Below, piece by piece: positions 1 to 11,900 of a stretch of DNA of 64,000 bases. Source of the stretch: Mytilus trossulus. Lineage: Eukaryota. Below the pieces are notes generated by a model, which was given only the letters and a program-made list of their open reading frames with translations, was not told where the DNA came from and made no database searches. Positions within the stretch are counted from its first letter, which is position 1. Each line of letters starts with the position of its first letter. A program made the translations under genes and the position numbers. Where the stretch lies: the NCBI RefSeq assembly GCF_036588685.1, contig NC_086376.1:76859630-76923629 (forward strand). Direction: 5' to 3'.

Positions 1-1228
1 TTGTGGGACGATATGTTCTACGAACAAAAAAAGGAAAAAATATGTCAACGATTTCGTTTCTAGCTACAAATAAAAGTCGAAAAATTTCAGCCCATCAGCC
101 CAGTATATTTATATTTTACGAAAAGAGTTAACTCCCCTTATATTGAGTATTTTAAAAAAAATGGATTGCTAAAACACAAATTTTGATATTTGATTGAATA
201 TTTTGATTTATACAATACATCACAAAGTTTTCTGTATATGAATAAACAGTCTACCAATAAATTGCAAATATGTCTCCAATAAAGGCAACAGTAGTAAACC
301 GCTGTTCGAAATTCATAAATTGATTGAGAAAAACAAATTCGGACTACAAACTAAAACTGAGGAAAACACATCAAATATAAGAGGAAAACTACGACACAAC
401 AGAAACACAAGTTAACATTAAACTCTAAAACACACTTGGCACAGGACATTTTAAGAAAAAAATGGTGGGATGAACCCGGTTTTGTGGCATGCCAAACCTC
501 CCGCTTCTACGACAATGGTAAATATATCATTTAAAGACAACATTACATGACAGGACTACAATACAAATAAATGAGAGAACATATAGGACAGAGAAACACG
601 TCAATTATAGCTAACAAAAGGTACTAGGTTAAAAAAAAAACTTATACGTCAGACTCATCTTTCGTCCACACAAGGGGCTTACCAGTGACGCTCAGATGAA
701 ATAAGTTAGAAAGCCAAGACAAGTACATCGAGGAACAAAAGTTCCAAAAAGTTGTGCCTAATACTGCTAGGGTTTCTGTCTGGAATAAGAACATCTTTGT
801 TATTTCGATTAATTCATAAATTTGCAACCAGTGAAGTTTTATAAAATGACTATATAATAGATATACATGATAAAATCGAAGTGGTGACTAACTGCACAAT
901 AAAAACGGATACATAAAACAACCTTAACAAGCACATAAAAATTCACAGCCGAGTTAGCCATACCATCAACGCACAAAGTTACGTCTCATGAATTTCTTAA
1001 ACAATATTCCAAAAATAGGATAGACAAAATCAGATTAGATTTGCAATACTGATATAACAACATTAATTAATATCAAATTGTGGTAGTAAACTATACCGAT
1101 TATTTGTCCATATCCACGAATTTGAAGACATATTTGAAATTTATTGGTTAGACTTTTATTCATAAAAAGAAAACTTGGTGATTTATTGTTATTTCAAAAT
1201 TCTATCTCATAATTTTTATTTATGCACA

Positions 1229-1812
1229 CAAAGGAGTAGGTCCAGTAAGACTTCTTTTGGCCCCAAAATATAGCAGTTTTACAAAATTGTTAAAATGTAA
1301 ACTTAAAGTTATTTATTGGATAGAAGAATGCTTCTGCTACATAAATATGGGCTGTTTTTGAAAATACAATGCACATATATCGGATAGTAGCACCATTAAG
1401 TCATGCTAAATTACTGAAATCTCCACAATTCTAGCATTTTAGTTAAATTTTTGACGGTTTCCGTGTAAAACGAAAGTGGCCACATTCGTGTTCATCCTTA
1501 ATATTGAAATAGAAGTTGTATTTGATGATAATACATAACATATATAAAGGTTGTGGATGAACACGGATGCGGCCACTTTCATTTTTCACAATAAACATCT
1601 GAAAAGTGACATTTTTCGTCATATTTGGTAGTTTTATATATTTAAGCTTGAATCGGATCGTTTCTTATGACTAAATTAGTTAAAATCTTTCACATAAATT
1701 GATTGAATCCATTGAAATAGACACTTAAGTATTTAAAAAGTGGTCAAAGTCTTTCGTTAAATGAACCTGAAATTTGAGGCCAAAATCGGTCCTTACCGGA
1801 CCTACTCCTTTG
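1229..1812. mobile_element. MITE (non-autonomous TIR element)
   Basis: Terminal inverted repeats CAAAGGAGTAGGTCCAGTAAG ... CTTACCGGACCTACTCCTTTG; no coding capacity; no clear TSD. Confidence 0.75.
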
Positions 1813-2500
1813 TTTTTTCATAAACAATCTAACCATATCAAGACAACTTTCAACGACTGATAGCTTATATATAAAGAAATATAATTCCAAGTCCCCTCAC
1901 GCATTCACGATGTCCTCAATCAGAACCGATCCCCTCACGCATGACAAAATGAAAATATGATGTTTTTAGATTTATTAAGATGTCTATCAACACCGGACAG
2001 CGTAAACGCCGCCCAAAACGATATTCATACCCATTGACCGAATAAAAAGTTTGAACTTGTAGGTCTGTTAATAGAACCATTTCAAAATCTAAATGTCACT
2101 TTTTTCGGCAAACTCTTGTGGGGCAACTGATTTTGTAGGAGTTTAACTCCACGTACAACAAAAAAAATCAATATTTTGATCAGTCGAATAAGAAAATTGC
2201 GATTTAGAAATGTATATACCCTTTGAAGCGGTGACAATTGCTCCACTCAAGCACAACCGGAAAATCCTCTCACGGTTTTCATTGCAGAGCCAAATGTTCT
2301 GCGTGTGTAGATTACCAGCCGTGATAGAAATCAGTATCTTTTTTTTTAGGACCTTAATAATTGAAATAGGTGAACATATCAGAAAATGAGATGTGTTTAG
2401 TTCAAAATAATTAGTTTCATATGAATGAATTTGCTTGAATTTAAGTACTGTGATGATGACAATCTTAAGGTTTTATTTGACATAGTTCTAAATAGATTAC

Positions 2501-5500
2501 CTGCCATTGGAGAAAACGCTGCTTCGATAACTTCCTTCGTTTGGTTGAATGCCATTTCTTGACCACATGTTGAACTGTCAGACATAACAAGTACATTTTT
2601 GTTGAAGTTCTGTACAGGATGGTTCATAACAAGTACAACAGCATACATTAACAAAAATGTTCTACCTTTACCTAAAGTTTTAATAAAAATTAGTAGGAAC
2701 AACATAATTAGACATTTGAATATTAAACAAGCTCTCATTTCGATCGTTGTTAAAATGGTCCAAGAAACGTATTGTTCTAGGAACTATATTTCTTATGTTT
2801 TATAAGTGAAAGAGTGGCAACATTGACTTATCAAATGATCAAACTATATAATATGATCAAATAATATTTTTTTTGCGTTATAGACCATTTGTGTGATAGT
2901 TTGTGTTCGTGTTGTTTATTCTTTAGTTTTCTATGTTGTGTCATGTGTACTATTGTTTTTCTGTTTGTCTTTTTCATTTTTAGCCATGGCGTTGTCAGTT
3001 TGTTTTAGATTTACGACTTTGACTGTCCCTTTGGTATCTTTCGTCCCTCTTGTATAAGTGCAACAAATAAATAAAATATAAGGTTGCAAAGTAAAAGATC
3101 TGATTCTAATATTATTGGCTAACTCGTTACCTATCTTGCAATATAGATTACAAAACACGTTTCCATGCAAGAAAATAAACTCATTATAGATACCAGGAAT
3201 AAACTTTGTATATACGCCAGACGCGCGTGTCGTCTGCAAAAGACTCATCGGTGACGCTCGAATCCAAAAAAAAGTTAAAAAGCCAAAAAAAAGTACGAAT
3301 TTGAAGAGCATTGAGGACCAAAATTCCTAAAAGTTTGGCCAAATACAGCTAAAGTTATCTATGCCTGAGGTAGAAAAGCCTCAGTATTTCAAAAATTCTT
3401 TATTTTGTAAACATATCATTAATAAATATAACCATATCAATGATAAGTCATATCAGCAAAAAATTCTCGATACATTTTGCAAGTTAGCCGACAAATTGCC
3501 AATGCAGATGAATTGCTGACAACAAAAATAGTCTTTGATCTTGAAATGTTATATTCAGCAGCTTACACTATAAAAATCAAATTTTTGAAATTACTTTGTT
3601 AACATTGTTTTTACAAGGTATTTATAAGACAGAAGACAATACAACAGACACCGTTTAATTACATCAATTTTACAAAATATGTAAATGCAATGAATGAAAA
3701 AGAAGAAAAATATAGTAATTGCAAGTATAAGCAGTTTAATTACATCGATTTCACAAATAAGGTAAATGCATGGCATAAAAAATAGAAAATATACTATTTG
3801 CAAATAGACACCGTTTAATTAAATCAATTTCACAAAATGGTTAAATGCAAAATACTAAAAAGAAGAAAAATCTATCCTTTTTTGCAAATAGACACAGTTT
3901 AATTAGATCAATTTCACAAAATCAGCAAATAGACACAGTGTAATTAAATCAATTTCACAAATTAGGTAAATGCAAAGAAAAAAATAGAGGCAAATATATT
4001 ATATGCAAATATAGCTTGACACATTTTATTTGAACAGACTGACGAACATGTTAAGTCCTATTTTCCCACTTACTTGTAAAGAACTGTGGGATCATTAGTA
4101 AAACCATTAACCTTGTCTGCGACGTAAAAGCAAGTCCTAATGTTAGTACAGCACCAAGAAATGTAGATACTAATGATGACGTCAGAGGTGTAAATTTTAT
4201 TTGAAATACCATGATCAAGTATAATATTATCGTTACTAACACACCAAAAATGAAACCTGCAATTAAAAAAAGTTGAAAGAGACTTATAACATTCGAACAA
4301 TGTCAATTTAAGTACGTGTTTTTATTCTATTTAGCGACAATCAAAATTTACAAAAGTCTACAAACTTATCCTGGGAACATACAATCTTGAGGCCGGCCCA
4401 AGTTTCCATATCGAAATTGTTTTGCTGAAAAACTATTTGAAGCAAACAACTTATCAGTCTTAATATACTTTTTAAAATCAAAAAGTGTTTAAGGATAGAC
4501 ATTCACGCAACACAGATCAAATTTTACCTTTAAATATTTTTTTTATTTTGAAATTTTTAGTTAAATTAGTTTTTTTAGATTTATCTCGAACATCAAAAAC
4601 CAGCAAGATGACAAAAAGCATAAAAAAACAGCTTTAATTTAAAATCACGACAAAACAAAAAAAAAAGAAAACACTTCTTATATAATTCAAAACGGAATAT
4701 ATTTCCGTTAATATCAAATGGAAAAATCAAACGCACAAACACGTCAAACGAATGGACAGCAATTGTCATATATTTTCTGTCTTAGTACAGGCATTTTCTT
4801 AGCAGAAAATGGTGGATTATAACTGGTTTTATAGCTAGCATAACCTCTCACTTGTATGACATACGAATACAATTCCATAAGATTGACAACGAAGTGTGAA
4901 TAAAACAAACAGACATTATAGGTTTAAATGTCAAAAAAAGGGGTACAGCAGTTGGATTTACAACAATTTTTCTGAAAAGTCTTAAAGAAATCTACTAAAT
5001 TCGGGTGAACGGGGCAATTGTACTTATATTTTTTAGCAAAGATATTGACTGTTTCGGTTCTTGTACATACTCGGCTTTCAAATATTTGGCTTTGAGCGTT
5101 CTTGATGAAGGTAAATCAAGAAAAGCGCATCGGACCCATGGAATTATCTAACGTCTCGTTCTCACTTATTTACTACTTTAAGCATGAAAACAAAAACTTA
5201 CCATAATGATTAGAACACATAAAACCGTCTCGAATGACAAATGATATAGCGCAATTACTATTTTCAATCAACTGTACATAACAGGAGTTTACCTTATCAT
5301 TTAGAAATAGTTGTTCATGTTCTGTATTGATTTTCTTATTCCGTTTTATATAAATTCAGTTAACGGGACAGTTAAACCAATGCTCAAAAATCTCTTCAAT
5401 TTATTAAGAAGCCAAAACAAAACTAACACACCACGATAGAATCGCATGTACTCCTGCGAGACCGGGTGCCTCCGACGACAGTAAAGGCATCTCCTGCTAT

Positions 5501-8500
5501 GCATGGATCACTGTCTTAGAAGGTATGCAACTTTCCCAAATGTATTACAAATACTAGTAGTTGGAGGCTGTATGGTTATCTATTTAGCTGTTAATTTCTG
5601 TGTTGCTTAATCTCTTGTGGAGTGTCGTATCTGCCCTCATTGACAATCATACCACATTATGTTTTTTTTTATATGAATGAGATTTTTCAATCCTCAATTA
5701 CTGACCTAAAAATGTTTAATGTATATTTTATAACATTAGCTACACAATCAATATCGGATATCCAGGAAAAGGATTAAATACTCTTTATACCGACCTAGAA
5801 CATTTTTGAATACGTCATTCTCATATGTTCCATTGAAAAATATCCGTTTAATGCAGTTGTCTGGTACTTCTGGTCGTTTGATTTTACCAAGTACACAACA
5901 CGGTGTAAATATTTCACAGCAGGCAGTTCTCAGGGACGACATGAAACTAGCATAACATTCTTCTGTCCTGGAATAGGAATAAAAGAATAGAAATTGATGT
6001 GATTGCATTTCATTTTGCTGGAAGAAGAGTGTAATAAAATTCGTTGTCAATGTAATAGCCATTTTACGCACAGATTTTGGATGAAAAAGATATCAGCTGA
6101 CAGTAATAGCCACAAAGAAATGATATTTTTTTCACATTTACATCTATGTTAAATACATGCTGCAGCTAAATAGCTTTATGAGAAAAACTGTCACGTATTA
6201 ACGGCAATTGCATATTGTATTACATTCACCTAAAACATGAAGTATTCTGTGAAACTGTAACGTGCATACTCTAAAACAGGGACGGTTCACAAGGGTATAA
6301 TTGTGGTCATCCGTTTTGTCAGTGTCATTCCCAGAAAGACCCTTACTGTCAACTTTTAGAGAGACTATTACTAGAACAAAACCATTCCATTAATCTCCTT
6401 TATCCTCGGTCTTTGATACAACTTTGGTTGCTCGTTCTTTACTTTTCAGTGTTTCGCCTTTAAAATGTCTTTTGGTCCGGTCTTTAAATTTTCATTACGT
6501 TGATAATAATGTTCAGAGATTTCCCTTCTTTATTCGACTAACTATAGTGACTTCGGTATGTTCTGTTGATATCCTCTTACACTTTTAGCACAACCTTATC
6601 ACATTTAGTTTTACTCTATAGCAATTCTCACATTGCTGTTTCAATCTCCATTTTACAACCAGATTTCATTAAAAAAAACATGTACATGTACTTTTGTTTT
6701 GTGATCCGGATGAAACTCGACAATCAATGTATTTTTTTATATTTAAAGTTTATTGCAAACATATAAGTAAAAGGGGCCATTAAAAGACTACCTTATGGTT
6801 TCCTTTTTACACAGAAGAGTATTGCTTGACACTAGGTTTTAATTCTCCTTTATATCTTCTCAATGCAGATGTACCCTGTGAATTTAGTCGACTGATAAAT
6901 TTAACAGGAACTGCATGGACCTACTATATGATTTTTTGTATAATTTGTCGTACCTCCGATCGAAACAGACAAAAATTATCGCGCCGGGATCTCGAGTCGT
7001 GTTTCCATTCCTTGTTCTAAATATTATCTCATTTTGACACTATTTCCTTTTTTATTTTTCAACATTTTGAAAATTCCGTACTTCACTGCCATAATGCAAG
7101 ACACGTACATTTTGAAGGAATATTTAAATGCCAAACTGTAACTTAGGAAAATCATAGAAAATTCAGAAATTATACTAAAAAAAAAGAACCCAAATTCTAG
7201 ATTAATGTTTCAGTTTCATGGTGATATCAAAAATTTGTTTGGCCTTCTTTCATGTTTGTCGCGAGTTTTTAGAAAAAGATGAAACTGACGCAAATTCGGC
7301 AAACGATGTCTATTTTAGTATGATTTTATTTAAAAGTGTATTGCAAACATCTAGGCCGGCCAAAAGTCCTAATATAACAGTAATAATTATAACTGGTATC
7401 TCCTTTATTATTCTTTGTATTACTTAAGTTATATCATAATTTATCGATTCTGCGTAGTCCGGATCATGATCTCGATACCTTTCAGTTAAATATACAATCC
7501 TTTGCTAGCAACAACAAATAACGGGAAATAATCATGAATTCGTTCGCTTATTGGATTTTTTTAAAATGTAAAATGACATACCAGTGATAAAGGAATATCC
7601 TAACTTAAAAGAGGGGCGAAAGATACCGTATAGGGACAGTCAAACTCATAGATAGCAAATAAACTGACAACACCATGGCTAAAAAAGACAAAGACCAACA
7701 GACAAATAATGGTACACAAAACACAACATACACGTAGAAAACTAAACTAGAGACTAATAATAATCAAGACAACACGAACCCCACCAAAACCGGGGTGATC
7801 TCGTGTGCTCTGGTAGTGTCACGAACTTGCAGATCCTGCTCTACATGTGGCACCCGTCGTGTTGCTCATGTTATTGATATTAAAAACCCGATAAATAGTA
7901 TAATTCAGTAGGTCTTATTCATCACTGTTCATGATTCGAAAAAAGGGAAGGAAATTGTAATTACGACATATGAGGGTTTGGATGGGGTTAAATGATTAAA
8001 GAATAATGCCCTTAAAAAATAAGGATTAGAGAATAACGGGCAAAAAAATGAAGATTAGAGAAAAAAAAGGGGTTAATTTTTTGAAGATTAGAGAAAAAAA
8101 GGGTTAAATTTTTGAAGATTAGAGAAAAAAAGGGGTGAAAATTAAATGTTTACAGAATAACAGACCCCTCATCCAGACCCTCACATATGATAAGGAACAT
8201 ATCCGATAGGCCTACCAGCTGTGAAACGGTAAAATAAAATCCATAAGAGGTCGACCCTGGGAACAGTATACCTAACAATAGTTCCTGGTTGATCTGACAT
8301 GATTATAATAGTAAATAGTGTTTCAACATTCAGAAGGCGGCAACGGGCAACCGTCAGTTATAGCTAGTCGCTATCCCATGATTCGCTTTCCCTGAAGCCG
8401 GTTCTACTCAATGTCAAATATGGTCGGAAATGACCCCCCCCCCCCCCCCCCCCTCCTAATTTTTTTTAAAATTATGATTTCCTATACAGATTGTGTAGGG

Positions 8501-8781
8501 ATGGAGTCCAAACTCTCCGATTGATCAGATGAGTTAGGGGTGTTGCCAGTGGTTGGAACACGCACTTTTTAGATTTAGACGGAAATGCATTTGATGGATG
8601 GGCGGAACATATCGTTGGAACACCCACACCCCTCTTTACGATTACAGGCAATTTCTTACCATTTCGTTTTCGGGGGCAATCCCATGTGCAGCCGAACTGC
8701 ATTTTCTTTTAATCGTGATAGCCTGTTCAATGCTATTTTGACCTTGATCGCTTTGATGATAATCGACAGTGGATCTGCCAT
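2501..8781 (-). CDS. DCST2: DC-STAMP domain-containing protein 2-like (SPE-42/DCST2 family), 5' part; coding exons 8781-8660, 5967-5795, 4256-4074, 2671-2501; probably continues left of the window
   Basis: Four exons with GT-AG junctions and matching phases (2,1,1,1) splice to MADPLSIIIKAIKVKIALNRLSRLKENAVRLHMGLPPKTKW-TEECY...NVLG-FIFGVLVTIILYLIMVFQ...LGLAFTSQTRLMVLLMIPQFFTS-KGRTFLLMYAVVLVMNHPVQNFNKNVLVMSDSSTCGQEMAFNQTKEVIEAAFSPMA. Hydrophobic TM segments plus the PQxF..GRTxLL...PxxN...CGxExAxNQTxEV pattern match DCST2 as I recall it. The first exon is the least certain. Confidence 0.8.
3178..3420 (-). repeat. Dispersed repeat with a degenerate hammerhead motif (related copies near 640-830, 31812-31980, 53228-53292, 58960-59050, 60075-60290)
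   Basis: Shared GAGCGTCACTGATGAGTC...GACGAAACGCGCGTCTGGCG-like core and CCTGGTATC flank, mutated differently in each copy. Confidence 0.7.
3645..3990. repeat. Degenerate short tandem repeat
   Basis: Five copies of AAATAGACAC(C/A)GTTTAATTA(A/C/G)ATCAATTTCACAAAAT-like motif with variable spacing. Confidence 0.7.
4705..4950 (+). repeat. Dispersed repeat family (related copies near 275-620, 52255-52400, 53360-53660)
   Basis: Shared AAACGAATGGACA.CAACTGTCATAT...GTACAGGCATTTTC...AACCTCTCACTT.TATGACA blocks. Confidence 0.65.
7608..8250 (-). mobile_element. Retroelement-derived 3' fragment, same family as 38761-39240 and 58422-58855 (further copies at 10165-10378 and 2895-3051)
   Basis: Reverse complement of the AGCAACACGACGGGTGCCACATG..GCAGGATCTGC..GAGCACCTGAGATCACCCC..GTTGTCAG..TTGACTGTCCC..GGTATCTTTCG block. 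Confidence 0.7.
7971..8183. mobile_element. Small MITE with CATA target-site duplication, nested in the retro fragment
   Basis: TIRs TGAGGGTTTGGATGGGG / CCCCTCATCCAGACCCTCA, CATA on both sides, internal tandem GAAGATTAGAGAAAAAAAGGG x3. Confidence 0.75.
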
Positions 8782-8979
8782 TTTCTGGCATAGTCGCTAT
8801 GACGTCACTTTTCGTTCTACATGACGTTATTGAAATATAGTAATATCCGAAAGTTAAACGTTTCCCTTCCGGATTTGGAACATCCGGGGTATTGCAATGG
8901 ATGCGCCCATGAAACAAAAATTGTGCAATACTGAATGTTTAAAAAAATTATTAGTTAAAGATCTTAGAATAACCCAACA
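8782..8979. promoter_or_regulatory. Putative compact bidirectional promoter shared by DCST2-like and EXD2
   Basis: Only 198 bp between the divergent ATGs; palindromic CRE TGACGTCA at 8800-8807 and ETS-type CTTCCGG at 8866-8872. Confidence 0.55.
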
Positions 8980-11900
8980 ATGTTCAAAGACAGTTTAGCG
9001 ATAAGTAGAGTTATTGGTACTGTGTTGGTTGGAGGTAAGCGTGTTGACACAACATGATATAGGGAAATCGATAATATGAGGCAGGCATAACCTGTAAATG
9101 GGGACGAAGTCTGTATGAATTAGTTTTTTGTAACTTAAATATTTTGTTAACAGAAACGGAAATACCGTAACGTTTCCGATTTTGGTTCTGTTGTTAGGGA
9201 TTTTAGTTGTGACGTTATTTAAGTTATGACGTCAAATGTAATGAAAACAAAGAAACGCTATCATCAGGTAACGTTTTTTCATATCAAGGAATTTAATATT
9301 AAAAATGAAATTGGTATTGCGTTCCTTCCTATTTATACTAGACTGATAAATATATATTTTACTCGGCAAAGATTCATACAAACAAAACCGGAAAAAGGAA
9401 GTACATTGTAGATTTCTGCGCAGGTCCGGGATTTCAAAACATGACATAAAAAAATGAATGATTTTGAGTTCATTAGTACAATGAAAACTTCGGGAAATTT
9501 TTCCGAATTTTTTTTTTATTGAATTTTCTACTGTTTTTGGGGACTTCGTCCCCATATAAAATTAATGTTAAAAACTTTTTTTGTCAGTTTCAACTGAGTT
9601 GTCTGTTTTCACATGCACAGTTCCAAGTTTTAAATTATTTTTCATTTGAAATGCATTGTAATATGAGGGGGGCATTACCTTTGAAAGGGGGTGAAGTCTA
9701 TGAATTTGATATTGACTTATTGTTGTAATTTATTTCAAACATATATATTTAAATTCAAATTCTGTGAAGGTTCATCATAACAAATGGACAAATATGGATG
9801 TATTTAATGCCAAAATTACATTTTTGGTGTATGGGGTGATTGAAAGTTGCATGTAAGTCGAGTAGGAATGACAAGAATCATTAATTATGTCAGGTTAATG
9901 GAATAGTTGTCAAGGTTGTAGTAAAATTGTATCGTAAATATTTTTTCAATTAGATCAGTAAAGCCGATGAGACATTTAAGTGTTTGCACTCTTGTTAAAA
10001 AACATATTCGTTATGGCATGTATGGGTGAAAAGAACAAATTCTGACAAAGTTTCTTTTAAAATTAACATGCAAAAAACTACGTGATTTCATGAATAAGAA
10101 CAATGACATTTATTTTTCTGTGTATTTGTTTTCTGGAAGAATTGCTTTAATGATGCAAGTACAAAAAGAAGGGCAAAAGATACCAGAGGAAGAGTCAAAC
10201 TCATAAATTGAAAATAAACTAGCTTTGTGATGGCTGAAAATGAAAAATACATACTGACAAATAATAGTACACAAAAAACAACATTGAAAAATAAAGACTG
10301 AACAACACAAACCCAACCAAAAAACTGGGGGTGATCTCAGGTGCTCTGGTAGGGTAAGCAGATACTGCTCTACATGTACAGTAATTACTAGAAATGGATA
10401 ATGTAAAATTATGAAACCAACAGTCTCTGTCAGTAATGCACAACTTTATTGAATGTACATGTATCTATCTGATATTCCAGAAACTGTTTCTGCTACAAAA
10501 ATTCAAAAGAAAGCATTTGTTCAGATTGTCTAGATACAGATTTTTTATGCATATAGAAAAAAGATATTTTAACATTTGAAATTCAATTTTTCAGGCTTGG
10601 CAGCATATTTATATCTTAGATTTAAAGACACAAAGAAGTATAAACCATATAAAAGAAAAAAGGAAATATTCCTTATAGACACTGTTGAAGATTATGAAAG
10701 TTTTATTAATACTGTCACAATTGAAAAGGTTAGTTTTTTTGGTGGTACAAACTTAATTTGAGGACACACATGTATAAGGAAAATTTGAAGCATTTTAAAA
10801 AACACTTTAACTTTCTCAAATAAATTTGAAGAAATGTTTTTTTTTCTTTTCTTATATTTTCTTATTAAATTTGAATGGCTACTTGGAACATAGTACCTTT
10901 ATTATGAAATCACAAACTATTTCTTTTTAAAAGGCTACAAGTTATTTATTCAACTGTCGTGACTGTGTTCAGAAAGTATTGCAAATATTGTTACTCATAT
11001 TGTTTCATAAAATCCTGAATATTGAAAAAATGATGTTCTTACTTCTGACATATTTCAGGTTTTAGGACTAGATTGTGAATGGGTGTCCTTTAGTGGTAAG
11101 AGGCGTCCTGTTGCTTTGTTACAATTGGCTACACAACTGGGACAATGTGCATTGATTCGTTTGGATCGAATGGACTCTTTTCCTAAATCATTAAAAGATA
11201 TATTGGCAGATAAAAGGTAAATGTTTTAGTTATGATGTTATCATCAGCCAGTGGAGCAAACTTCAGTACATATATATTGCAAAAGATCAGACAGACATAC
11301 AAGACATACAATGTATTTGCAAGAAGTTATACAGAAAGACAAAAGCACATACACACAAAGAGTAATGACAAGATGTTACACACCTATATAGACAAAAACA
11401 CACACATACATAGACAAAATCCTACCCATGCATCAACAAAAAATTAAAATATCACACATAGACCAAAGACTATCTTTTGAAAAAGACTACCAATAAAAGT
11501 TCCTATAGTTTTAGTTTCTACATCATTGCTGAACAAAATTGATCAACCAATATATATGTCCTGAGACAAAAACAATGAGAAGAGTTGCGAGGACATACAG
11601 CAATTTATTGAAAGTTTATAATGATGTAATTGTCATTTTGTATGACCTAGATCACTGATACATATATTCTGGAAATTGGGTGACTTGAAATAAGGATGAA
11701 TGCTAACATTTTAATGCTGCTGGCAGCATTGAATAGATGGGAATTCAGAATTATCATTTACAATCTTTGTTTGAAACCTGTTTTAAAGTAAGTTAATTTT
11801 CTAGGCTATCTAACAATGACACTTGATAATGGTATAAATAAGAGAAACTGTTTATTGTTAATTTTTATGATATAATATTTCTTATCGCTATTTTGTGCAT

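Noticed and set aside
6300-7430. Possible extra DCST2 exons or small ORFs (6566-6766, 6826-7020, 7218-7427)
   Set aside because: I found no phase-compatible open exon with good splice sites, and the 8660->5967 splice already works.
8433-8453. Poly-C tract (and poly-G near 37396-37415) as functional G-quadruplex elements
   Set aside because: Simple homopolymers like these are common in such genomes; nothing else supports a function.
8472-8917. ORFs 8642-8917(-), 8472-8702(-) and 8585-8824(+) as independent genes
   Set aside because: They overlap the DCST2-like first exon and promoter; only the frame from ATG 8781 gives the phase-2 junction that fits the next exon.
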